NCBI GenBank assembly: GCA_051294905.1 | Contig: CM119378.1 | Coordinates: forward strand, 2,048,001-2,112,000 | Length of the DNA: 64,000 bases | DNA from: Botryllus schlosseri | Lineage: Eukaryota | Direction: 5' to 3' | In this document: piece after piece, positions 1 through 11,436 of the stretch | How positions within the stretch are numbered: position 1 is the stretch's first letter | How the letters are laid out: each line of letters begins with the position of its first letter | Made by a program: the position numbers and the translations under genes | The notes under the pieces: generated by a model | What the model saw: only the letters and a program-made list of their open reading frames with translations | Database searches by the model: none | What the model was told of the DNA's origin: nothing

Positions 1-444
1 GAAAAGTACTCAAGTAATTTTAAAATTAGATTTGGTCGAAGCGTTGCATACTTGAAGCAGCCAATCAGATGAATACTTTCGGAATTGCGACAAGTGCAAT
101 CGTTGCTGACACAAAGTGACTCATAATACATATCGAGTTGCCATGATGCAGGGGCTAATTCTGTCTGAACCTATTCCGAAACTAAATTCATATTCACTAA
201 TTCCAATGCGTACAAAAGTATTTGGTTCTAAAACCGTTAAGTAGAAGTGGAAGCATATGCACCTGAATTAACAGTACAGATAGGCAAATATAAAAAGTTA
301 GAAATCCTTCGTTTTCGTTACTGATGGAATCCGCATGTCGAAATGTCACATAATGTTGACATATATATGTTTCTTCATATCCTATCTTATCTCCGTCTCT
401 ATTTCTCCCATTTCTATTCAATCATACCAATTATTCACCGCCAG

Positions 445-753
445 ACTGCTCCTAAAGACAAACTCCTGGTATACAAATGTTCACAAGGATGGGACCCACT
501 CTGTCAATTTCTGGGAGTACCGGTACCCGACGAGCCGTTTCCCAGGAAGAACGTGGGTGGCAACGTCGTGAATGAAATTGATGACCATCCCATTTTCAGG
601 CAATTGAAGAAGGAGCTGATGGTGTCTGTTGTAAAGCTAACTGTTGTCTCGGGTGTGATCGCGTATTGTACAGCTAAATATGGCCCGGTCAAAATAGCCG
701 AAACTATTTACGACCAAGCTAAAAGTGCGTTTCAAAAACTTCCGTTTGGGTAA
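445..753 (+). CDS. Last coding exon of sulfotransferase-like gene copy 1 (Sulfotransfer_4-type); upstream exons lie outside the window
   Basis: Acceptor ccag|ACTGCTCCTAAAGAC. Reads TAPKDKLLVYKCSQGWDPLCQFLGVPVPDEPFPRKN...KLPFG*, highly similar to the exon at 9004-9369, with a C-terminal hydrophobic segment. Confidence 0.85.
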   Translation, partial: TAPKDKLLVYKCSQGWDPLCQFLGVPVPDEPFPRKNVGGNVVNEIDDHPIFRQLKKELMVSVVKLTVVSGVIAYCTAKYGPVKIAETIYDQAKSAFQKLPFG

Positions 754-956
754 CTTTGATTTGTTAATAATGCTGTTTATCTTTTGGGGAGAATGTAATT
801 ATAGCTTGCTAGATGTGTGGATTATTGTTTCGATTCACGCGCAAGACTCATACCAAGCCGTTCATCCAGAGAATACTTTACTGATAGATATATCCTCACA
901 TAAAGCCACTGCAGCCGCACAGTATACCTAATGTAGCAGCACTGTAACGTAATAAA

Positions 957-1844
957 TAGGGCGATTTTTTTTATCGAAGAAACGAAAGATTTTGACCTAA
1001 AATATCTAAATTTTGACTTTTTATGCCTAAAAAACTGAATTTTGAGCAAATTTTGACCTCATATGTGCAAATTTGGTGTTTTTGTGCATAATGTTAAAAT
1101 TGTACTACTTTTTATCGTCATTTCTGGTTGGAACTGTCCGTCCTTACGAAGTAGTTTGGCCAGAAAAAAGTCTTTTGTCTCAAAACTGACAATGATTTAC
1201 ATAAAAAAAATAGTATTTTCACGAAATCCGGCCCTATGAAGAATTCCAGAAGTTACATCACGTAGTATGATAAAAAGAATTAAAAATTTTTGTGTACAAC
1301 GAAAGATACTTTCCTACATTCCCAGGTGGAAAGTGTCTTTCCAATACAAAGTAGCTTGCCAAGAATGGAGAAAGAACGGTCAACAGCAGCAGTTGTTGGC
1401 TGACAAAGTGACAACACTGAAGTTGTGCGTACACTGCTGGTGACACACCGTGTTGCTTCATTCTGACAATGTTGTCTGCATCACAATTTTTCAGCTTGCG
1501 CTTCTTGATATAAGAACCTTGCAATGCCCAAGCAGTCTTGCTTCAGTAAGGATATTGCGGTACGTTGACAATGAACCATGTCAACCTATTTGTTTCATTT
1601 GACCGTACATGTTTCACAATGAGCAGATGATGATGGGCCGTTTACAACGGTAGGCCCATAGAGTAGGCTACAAGCTGTAAAATATCAAATGATAAGTTCA
1701 CCGACAGTGCAAAATCTACGATACAAACGAAATGCAGAGGTCAACAAAATTTTGACTTTGTAAATAATTTTGACAAAGTTTGACCTAACGCTACAATTTT
1801 GACAAAATTCTGACAAATTTTGACATGTCAAAAAAATCGCCATC
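957..1844. mobile_element. Non-autonomous hAT-like MITE
   Basis: Termini TAGGGCGATTTTTT / AAAAAATCGCCATC (right end decayed). Flanks GTAATAAA / GTAATAAG (7/8 TSD). Internal parts recur at about 28300-28500 and, inverted, at about 43910-44445. Confidence 0.6.
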
Positions 1845-3060
1845 GTAATAAGCAATCCAAGCAAGCCAAAACATTATTTACTGGCAATTTTCATGAAGTT
1901 ATAAGCTGATAAACCAATGATGATGAAGTTACACCAAGTTAACATCTTACAGAGGTTACTACAACACGCACGCAAGAGTCCAGGAAAACACGAAGTCGAG
2001 GACAGCTGAAGTGATGACATCGATATCATAGCTTTTACAAAAAAGGCGCGGAAATCATTCAGGCATAACAGACTAGTGATGCGTTGTGAAGTAGCCAAGC
2101 TAAGGAGCTTTTGCTCGTCATTAAAACTGCTATGGTTGCAACAATAAATGTACAAATTCTTCGCGGAAAAAAATCCTGTCGCGTGGTACCGTATTAAGTG
2201 CGTGGGGAGAAAATGAGAAAGAGCTATCTGATACTTATCCTGTCGCAAAAGACGATTGAAACAGGATAAATTCGTGTAGCGACCCTGATACGGCGTCACA
2301 TACCTAACAGGGAAGCCGGTGTGTTCCTGGGCTCTGGACCTCGTCTCTCTGCGATCGCCGCCTGCTGCGCGCTCGCTACACGAAACGCCTAACACAGTAC
2401 ACGCAGTCCATACGGTCATAACAAGATTATATTCCACGACACAGTACTCAAAACGGCGTTTCACACTAGACTCATATACAGTACATACAAATTGATAACG
2501 GAACATTCGACCTAACAATACGAGACATAGGCCTACACACAGCACACAAGTTCACCCAAACCGTATTCCAACAGCTAGGCCTAAACCTACACCAGCAGCA
2601 GCCTTGCCATCCACAGGCGAGGGACTAACTACGGGACAATATCACTCCCCAGATGCTAGCGCAGCATCGTCCGTGATCTTTCCATGCCCCAGTCAATCTA
2701 TCTGAACATAGATGCCGACAGGATACATCCACCTCAAGCCTACAAATACAATGCTAACTACCTGCTACTTCAAAACCTAGCTGCCTAATACTACAACTAC
2801 TCCATGCTGCTGTTCCCGACTACTCATACTTCACGCTACCAAACACAGAGACATACTCACTCACGTCCAGCTTCAGCCACGCACTCAGCCAACTCTCCAC
2901 TCAACCAAGTCAACACAGTCTCCAACCATACCACGTGCAACGTAATTTCTAAACGGCAAATACAGAACATTCTAGAAACCCCGGGTTGCCACATTCGAAA
3001 CAATGAATTAAGTTTCAGGTTAATTTAAACGATCGGATTCTATAGTGCAATATCCACCAC

Positions 3061-3317
3061 ACCGAGCGAGATAGTGTAATGGTTGTGCGTCCGGCTTCTC
3101 GAGCGGTAGGTCGTGGGTTCGATCCCCGGCCGGGTCATACCAAAGACTCGAAAAATGGTATCCGCAGCTATCCTGCTAGGCGCTCAGCAATCACGGATAG
3201 CATGGAGGAGAAAAAAAACGGGGGCGCAGACTAGATGACCTCATGGGGCCGTATCGCAACTCCGTCGCCAAAGCATCTCGATGGTGCAGGCGAGAAAGAA
3301 TATCATATCTCTCTCTC
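3061..3317 (+). mobile_element. tRNA-derived SINE (probably MetaSINE-type central domain)
   Basis: A-box TAGTGTAATGG, B-box GGTTCGATCC, then GGGTCATACCAAAGACT..AAAATGGTA..CCTGCT.GGCGCTCAGCA body and (TC)n tail. Second copy at 41524. Confidence 0.8.
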
Positions 3318-4070
3318 ACCGAGGTGACCGAGCTAACCAAATATAAACAGAGCTATGTACAGTACAGTACATGCATGAATGCAGTCAGGGGAGGTGTGGA
3401 ACGAACTCGATAGTCGCGGGCCAGAAGCATGAACATTAATCACATTGATTAGATGCTTAAATGAAACGTTATTCGTCTGAAAGTATTAATTAAATGCTGC
3501 ATGTGTGCTCAATCGATTTACATCTTCGACGCAAAATGTCGATACCTTGATATCTACAAAGTCAGTACAGGACCCACAAAGCACCATTGCAAACCACGGG
3601 TATCGTGGTGTCGTGTGTACGCCTTTAGAGTATTTCGCACATTATCATCATCAAGCATCATAGCCGACCAAGCAATGTGAAGTCAACAGAATACCTGCTC
3701 GAGAGATAAGGGATAAGCGCAGCACTAAGTTTCTGATTGGATATTGAACATTGAACAAGTTGATTTTAAACGATATGGATGTTAAAGGTCAACTGCATCT
3801 TAAAAATGACTTTGCCTTATATCGTACGTTATGTGGTTAGGAATATGAATAAAATAATAAAAATTGAAATTACATAACAGTTTTCAAGTAATTTAAATTA
3901 TAAATCGAAAAGCTAAAAAACGGATATGAAGTCATTCAGCTATGAAATGACGTCATGTGATTGACACGGCTAAAGTCCTGGTATAGCTCAGTATGGTAAA
4001 CAGATAGTTATTAGTGTTGGGATTGATTTTGATACTGGATTTGATTGTGAACGTGGAAGGTATGAAGAAG

Positions 4071-5314
4071 ATGAGGCACGGAGGTACATCTGGTGTCGGG
4101 TATGGTTGCTCGAATACGCGATATTCGGTACCCAAAGTGTCTTTTCATCGCTGTCCAAACCCTATTGCTGGAGAGGATTATGAAGACTGTGAAAGTGATA
4201 TCCAATCCCTGTCAACTGATGATAGCTTCCACCCAACAGAGTTAGATGGCGAGTCAGAGTGAGTACTTGAACAGTGTAATCATATTTGTACCAAGTCTTC
4301 ACCAAGATATTGATTTGCAGGCATTCAGATTCAGAGGAATGTCTGGAGAATAGCAAGAAGACCCAGTTTGTGATTGTGGACAGAAATAAGCTGGTGAGCA
4401 TTTTTCAACATTGTCCAATGTGTCAATCAGAGTCGGACGTGCAAGAGTCTGGTTTAGGTAGCACACTGAGAATCAAGCAAGACTGCACAAACTGCTCAGT
4501 GCTCATACTCCAGATTTTGATTTACGGGTAGTGTAGATGCCGTTACATCCTTTAAAGATGAAATAGCCTACTTGACTGTATCAAAAAGAAACAAACTGCT
4601 CCATTCAGCATATATGCATGATACATATAGGCCTAAATTTAAGTTACAATAAATAGCATCTTTGATTCTGTTGTTTACCATTATGACAATCCATTTTCAG
4701 ATTCATTGGCATATGAAAGGATTTGCGATGTTCTCTACTCCACGCGAATGAAAAATGACATACGCCATCTATCGGCGAATGGAAGCACTGCTGGAAGTGA
4801 ATCATTCAATGCCCTCCTCAATCATTTCTGCCAAAGTTATATCACTACAACCATATTTCAGTCAAAAAGCCAGGTAGGTACCTTGCAGTGTCTCGGCTAT
4901 TCAAAACAACCTATATCAGATTTTGGTATGATTACTAGCCTCATCAATTATGCATTTATGTAGGATGCAGTTGGCAATCCTGCATTTCAATGAAAATTGC
5001 TCGAAAACTCGGAAAATGCCGAAAGAAAGAGCACCGCGGTCAAATACCCGAAGTACAAAAATGGGGAATGTACGGTCCACAAGATACTTGAAAATTCAAC
5101 ATTTGGTAACTGCCGTCGATCTGACTGCATCATAAGATTTCGTCATATTGTTATGCCTGTTCTAGATTACTGCAATGAGCTTGTCGAAGAAGTTCAAGCA
5201 CTCATCAGAACTGGACCAGAAACTGATGTTGAGTTAAGCGATTGTGCTGAGACCGTTCCACCTCCTCTGACTAACAGCATAATCAAAATTAGCAGAGAGG
5301 AAGCTATTGCCTGA
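4071..5314 (+). pseudogene. Kolobok transposase remnant (THAP-like N-terminus, Cys finger, C-terminal catalytic region), intron-containing
   Basis: GYGCSNTRYSVPKVSFHRCP (THAP-like); FVIVDRNKLVSIFQHCPMC..GSTLRIKQDCTNC; KNDIRHLSANGSTAGSESFNALLNHF; RMQLAILHFNEN; VKYPKYKNGE. Frameshifts present and the central part appears missing. Confidence 0.8.
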
Positions 5315-5408
5315 CCGACATAAAACTCGATATGCTTTTCTGCCTGACACAGTAGTTATTTTGGTCGATGAGATATATGCGTTTATTATTTGGAATACAA
5401 CTGTACAT

Positions 5409-6064
5409 TCACAATGTGGCGTTACTGTACTGGAATCCTTTATAAGAATTTGACGTAAATTTTGTTCGGACAGCAGTAACAACGCATGCAGGCAGGATTT
5501 TCCGCTGCTTTTTGCCACAGAATCCCCATACCAAGCGAACACAATTTCTGTAGGCAGTATGTTTCAACTTCCTGAAAAGTGAAAACAAGTGTATTAGTGC
5601 GAGAAAAGTATTTGGCGACCGAATCAGAGACTCATCCTATTCATGCATTGAACTCGATGTTATTATTCTGCGGCCATATTCCTGTTGATATCCATAGTAG
5701 GACATCTGCAATACGTCAACGTCCAGACACACTGAATTACATCCTGGCAATTCTGTGATACACTTTAATTCTGTCAGTAACTCTCGGAACCTCCTTACAG
5801 CAAAAACTTATCAAGATAGACAAGATACATGACTGAAACGAGCTATTACACTACACACTATATATACAACTGTATTTCATGTAGTCTCGACGAGTGGCTT
5901 GCGCTGAGCAAGCTAGGCTGATCATGACCCACCTGAACCAATCCGGCATTTAAACGGTAATTTTGTAAGTACGTGCAAAAATGATACTTACATTCGACAT
6001 CCGAGTACTCGGACTCAGTCTCAATATCACTTGGCAAATCCGTTACAATGGAAACCTCGGGCAT
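5409..6064 (-). pseudogene. KolX accessory gene of Kolobok (homologous to the P2X7 cytoplasmic ballast domain), decayed
   Basis: Last exon 5571-5409 translates KLKHTAYRNCVRLVWGFCGKKQRKILPACVVTAVRTKFTSNSYKGFQYSNATL*. Upstream pieces FCCKEV and KCITELPGCNSVCLDVDVLQMSYYGY are frameshifted. Acidic first exon from ATG 6064 ends at a GTAAGT donor. Confidence 0.85.
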
Positions 6065-6686
6065 AACTGACTAGAATAAAACCTGCGAGAACACAAACAG
6101 CCGCTGTGACCGGTGTTGATAATATGTGTCACTCACTTGACGTCACAATGCACATTGTGCTTTTTCTGTAAACATGCCAATATTGGAACTTTCAGTCAAA
6201 ATTACGGCAATTTCCGATCGAGTTGAAACAGGGAAAGTCGGTAATTTCGTTATGAAAAAAAATTCTGAACATGATTCCGCAAAGTTGTCATGAAGATGCA
6301 GTTGACCTTTAAGTCTATTTTCAAATCCAAATCCAGCTACGCAAAAGTCCTATCAAAATTTGGCTTAATGTTCAAATCTGTTTTTCAAAGCCACATCAAT
6401 AATTCATAGCTCATATTTGCGTACTACCATTGAGAATGAAAACAGTTATTCGTAGTGCGACATTGTTGGTATCTAGATCTAAACGAGCAGAGCATTCGAC
6501 ACTATCGCTATGAAAGCTATATAAGCAATCTAAAGATGGACTAGGTGTAGCCTACTTACCTTAGAGTGAGCAAACAAGCGCAAAATGTTTGCTCATACGA
6601 GTATGCATTCATTATCTAGCCTAGCGATGTTTCACACCAGTTCTATCGTAGGCACGTACGGGTACGCATGCAAGTAAAAGGGCGAA

Positions 6687-9369
6687 ATGAAGGTTATCGT
6701 AGCGGGATACCCAAAGACTGGCACCAAGTCCATGGCCGCGGCGTTGACGCGATTGGGCTTCAATGTGTATGATGCGTTAGAAAACGTGGTTTATCTCCAA
6801 GACGAGTATATCAAAATAGTCGAAGAGGGGTGGACCACAGAGGACTTCCGCAGAATGTACGAAACGGTTGATGCCGTGACTGATATGCCCGCATGCTTTT
6901 TATGGGATGAGATTCACAAAGCGTTTCCCGATGCAAAGGTTATTTTCCATGATGCTATAATACCGAGTATCCCAAAGAGGGTGCTGAAAGTGGGCTATTA
7001 GGGAGAGAATGGCTGTAGAAATTACTAAAACAGCTTACGGCATTATGGTTCTGATTGTTGACCGACTTGCCGAGCGCTAAAATCGATAAAACGGCTATCA
7101 ATGGAAAGCTGCTGCTGTACTGATTAAGAATATATACATTTTATTCTGCTCATGGTCCTGGAACCCTCTCAAAACCAGCCTCGAATTTTGCATTGTGATC
7201 GAGTTTGTTATTTTGACGCAACAATGATTTCTGGTTCTTTCTTCTTAGCTTCACTCTCGTTTTGCCTAACCGAGTTCTTGCATCACAATGCCAAACTCGA
7301 TCACAGTGCAAAATTTGAGGCTGGTTTTGGGGGGTTCCAGTACCATGAGCGGAATATAATTTATATTTTCGTAATCAGTACAGCATCAGCTTTCCATTGA
7401 TACTCGTTTTATCGACTTTGGCGCTCGGCAAGCCGGTCAAAGATGGCCGTAAAGTTGCCTTTGGTGAAATGGAAAGTATGACGTAACCCAAATGCAGTGA
7501 GCCATTCAATCTCGCTGTGTCCACCCACACCACATAGGACCCTATGGTTCTACACATGTAGCGGGAGCGCTCAAAACGGCTTTCGATTGTGACTCGGATC
7601 CCGAAAGAGTTTTTGTCATTCCTATCATAGATAACTACTGTAAAGATAGATTCGAAAACACATTACTGCGTGGTTGAGGACATGCTGGATATAGCGAGCA
7701 ATTTCTGGCTGCGTGATAAACAGATAGGGTAATCTTATAGGCCTAGCGAATGAAAATATTATTAAAACTGATCTTAAACAACAAAAAAGAAGATACTGTC
7801 GCATTGATTCCGAAAATTTATGATTCTAACTGGTGAGCTTTAGAATTTTATACAACGGCTGTTAATTGGAAACGTTATGAGATAGGCTATACTATATCTC
7901 CTTCAATTTGATCATGATCATATAGCAGTCTCGTTAAATCAATTGATGACAATTCAGTAGCCGTTCTAAGCAATTTGTTACGCGCAGATCATCCTCACAT
8001 TGAGAGACGACGAAGATGTGTGGTGGAAAAGTGTGATGAATCAGATGAAAGCATCAGATAAATTCCTGCCAAGGATGATGGAGATACTAAGTCCAACTGC
8101 CGGCAGGGCCGGTACTCGGATTGTGGACCCAATGAGTGAGTACCGGGTAAACAATTCACACATTGCATAAATTCTTACCCACCTTGCAAAAGAGGGTAAT
8201 CTCTTACCTATGTAAATTGAACAATGAGGATTGGGGAAGCGAGTCAACTGAACACTTACGCCTCCAAAATCTATTTTAGGATTTACGTGCTACGTCTTTA
8301 TGTTCATTACCATTATGCTAGCGAATAAAAACTAACCACGGGTAATCTGAATCTGGAGTATCTGAATCAACTTCCACATTATCAATTTACTCGCTATAGT
8401 GAATACCCCATCAGACCACCACTTTCTCGGTGTTGCATGCCTTACCCACCCAAACAGCAGCCTGCAACCATTTTGGCACACGGTAATTCGAATCCAGTGG
8501 CCTTTTACACTATACGACGAGTTTCCCACCAACATTGATTACTTTTCCAGCACGCGTGATGTTCGGTGGTCCATATCGAAATCCCTGGTCGTTAAAATCC
8601 ACGACTCTAAACGAGCAACTAGCAAAGAAGTGCTACCGGTCTCACAATGCTTATGTTATGTCGGTAAGATCCTCTACATATTTCAGATTGTAGGTCTTCT
8701 AAACAGTTATACTACCATCCACCATTCCCAGAATATTTTAAACTTGGTCGGTGTGGTCTGCATTATTGCTGCCTAAACAAAACATGTATTGTCGTTCTAA
8801 AACCGCTGTGGAAATAGTCTGAAAACATATCCACAGTAGACAAAGCCTTCTGGAGCCCCCCTAAAAAGTATAAATACATGTTTACTATGACCATGACCAC
8901 CTCTGATGGAATCTGAATGAAATGTTGATTCCTCCTAGCTCATCTCCTTCTTGTCATTTCGATTCACGCGACTGTTACACTCATAGCAATTACTCACTTT
9001 CAGACTGCTCCTAAAGACAAACTCCTCGTGTACCAATGCTCGCAAGGATGGGATCCGCTTTGTAAGTTTCTGGGGGTACCAGTTCCCGACGAACCGTTTC
9101 CCAGGAAGAACGTGCGTGGCAACATTGTGAATGAAATAGATGACAATCCAATTTTCAAACAGTTGCAGAAGGAAATGACGAGGTCTTTTATCAAGTTAAC
9201 TGTTGTCTCGGGTCTGATCACGTATTGCACAGTTAAATACGGCCCAGTCAAAATTGCAGAAACTATCTACGATCAAGCGAAAAGTGCGTTGCGAATGCTT
9301 CCGTTTGTTGGAATAATATTTCGTGAAGAATGTAATTATAGCTTGTTCAGAGATATTGCTCGTTGTTGA
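6687..9369 (+). CDS. Sulfotransferase-like gene copy 2 (Sulfotransfer_4-type), 4 exons: 6687-6938, 7988-8135, 8551-8663, 9004-9369; about 292 aa
   Basis: MKVIVAGYPKTGTKSM (PAPS-binding loop-like), DAVTDMPA, FPDAK|IILTLRDDEDVWWKS, YRSHNAYVMS|TAPKDKLL, GWDPLCKFLG..PFPRKN. All introns GT-AG with consistent phases (0,1,0). Confidence 0.9.
7055..7445. mobile_element. Palindromic MITE-like repeat in sulfotransferase intron 1
   Basis: TTGACCGACTTGCCGAGCGC..GCTGTACTGATT (about 7058-7125) is inverted at about 7373-7440. Related copy at about 17420-17640. Boundaries approximate. Confidence 0.55.
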
Positions 9370-9703
9370 AGCTTCCATAGTTGCATGAATAAATTTATAG
9401 TAATTGGGTATTCGCATTAACCACGATGGTTACGAAGTACAGTATTATCGCTAGGTAAAATTATTATTGTAATAAGGTTCAATGTATTTTTAAAAAGTTC
9501 TCACATCGCCTTCGCGCAAGTTCCGTCCATCACGTGACGGAGTATCTCTAGTGAACTAGTCGGAGCGTCGAGAGCACACATCTAGTCATTAGGTAATCGA
9601 AATTACACTTCCTCTTATCTAAAGATCATAAGGGAAACCAATACAACGCGATAAAACTTCAGACGTGGCAATCAGGTGAACAATTTTAACACAGTGTATA
9701 AAT

Positions 9704-10011
9704 TAGGGTTACCATACGTCCTCCTTTAGGAGGATTTGTCCTCCTTTTTCGGCTTTTTGAAAATGTCCTCCGAGGACGCCTAAATGTCCTCCATTTTGGC
9801 AATTCGTCCTCCTTTACAACTTTTAGAGGTAAGATAATGGATAGATTCGAGTGAAAATGGGCATAAATGACGCTAAACAGGCCTTTTTTTAGTAAACCTA
9901 GCACAAAGTCGGGAAAAATTTACCATTTTTCCGGATTTTACTCCAGTATTGTAAGTCTGAAAATTTTGAAAAAGTGTCCTCCTTTCCAGATTCCAAAATA
10001 TGGTAACCCTA
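9704..10011. mobile_element. hAT MITE (TAGGGTTACCATA termini)
   Basis: TIR TAGGGTTACCATA / TATGGTAACCCTA. Flanks GTATAAAT / GTATACAT (7/8). Internal GTCCTCC repeats. Confidence 0.85.
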
Positions 10012-11436
10012 GTATACATGAAATGGCACACTTTCTCTTGGTTTACGTAATTTCTCGCAATATCAGTAACTTCATACTCGCAATTGTACCTCGATGGCCT
10101 GTAAAGGTTCAGTATGTATTCTTAATAAGTTCTTTAAACTAAAACAGCATATACCTAATTACATCTCCTTCGCGCACGTTATTTTTATATTGAGTGACCG
10201 AGGATCCACTCGGAGCGTCGAGACCACATATCTAATCATTAGGTTAATCACAATAACAGTTATATCATATATTATGCTGTTTATTTAACCTATACTTGGT
10301 TTTTGCCATATGGAAAAATGGAAAGGAGTATATAGGTAGGGTTGCATTTAAAACAAACGATTGTTTAAAACAGCATGTTTTAAACAAAGGCCTACTTAAA
10401 AAAATTGTGTAAGTGTGTGATTTTATAAATATGTGGACGTAATTTACTATAGTCTACACTAAATACTCTAGCGGGCGGCGACTGACTCTGACGGCCTCAC
10501 AGCCCCGCATCGTCCCGTAGTCTACACTGCAATTTTATTCTCGTTTATTGATGTGACGAATAAAATACTATCTATCTATATATATACTAACACGCGGTGT
10601 CTGTAATGGTTCGAATTCAAGAAGTCGATATCCGTTCCGTATTGTGTTTGAAGGCAAGGCATAGTCCTCAGCAATCTTCACATGGGATTTTTACCCTCGA
10701 CTCTTCTTCTGGTGCTGAGACTGAGTGGATAAATCTTTATACGCTGAACACCCACACAGCGATAGCTATGCATATGACGATTAATACCACGTAGAGCCCA
10801 ATGAGATAACGGTTGCAGTGCTGTTTCGAAAAGTCACGGCCGGGCGTCGTCCGCATATTTCGCGTCAGCAGACTCACAATCAATGCAATGATTCTATATA
10901 GTAACTCGCAACCGGTTACAGTACCTGTAATGACAATTATATCGAAATCAGTGTGAAATGCGGTTACGTTCATGATTGCGGAGACAGAAACCCTTTTTAC
11001 AATCAGATTTCAAATGCACAAAGCATAAAGGTTATTTGATTCAGTTGACGACTTTAGAACTCTTCAGACGCAGGCTTCTTAAGAAAGTTATACTACATCC
11101 ACAATTAAAGCTACATGGAAAACATATCACAACTACTACAGAAAGGCAATCGCGTCCCTGCGCGCTACATCCTGCTCTACGTTTCAAGCGTACCGAAATA
11201 ATGCGTTTGGGGCTGGTCGTTTTGCAGTAACATGTATTACAAAAAGAAGATGTTTTAATGAGCCTAACCACCTCAAAAACGATTCATGAATCTGGTATGC
11301 GGGACCGAAAATATTCGTATTCGTAGTAGTCTATATTGACCTTTTTTATGTATCTTAATTCTTTCTTGGTGTGACGAATAAAAAAACTATCTACCTGTTT
11401 CGGTAAAAAAAAATATTTGCTCTGCCCGACACTATT

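Larger units (their letters stand above)
3786..6308 (+). mobile_element. Kolobok DNA transposon, internally deleted and decayed
   Basis: TTAA at 3782-3785 and 6309-6312. Perfect 16-bp TIR AGGTCAACTGCATCTT, imperfect out to about 30 bp. Convergent transposase and KolX remnants inside. Confidence 0.9.

Noticed and set aside
1874..2545. 223-aa minus-strand ORF
   Set aside because: No recognisable domain, non-ATG start and random-looking composition.
3061..3135. tRNA gene
   Set aside because: The tRNA-like head runs straight into a conserved SINE body and (TC)n tail with a second diverged copy, and there is no proper acceptor stem or terminator.
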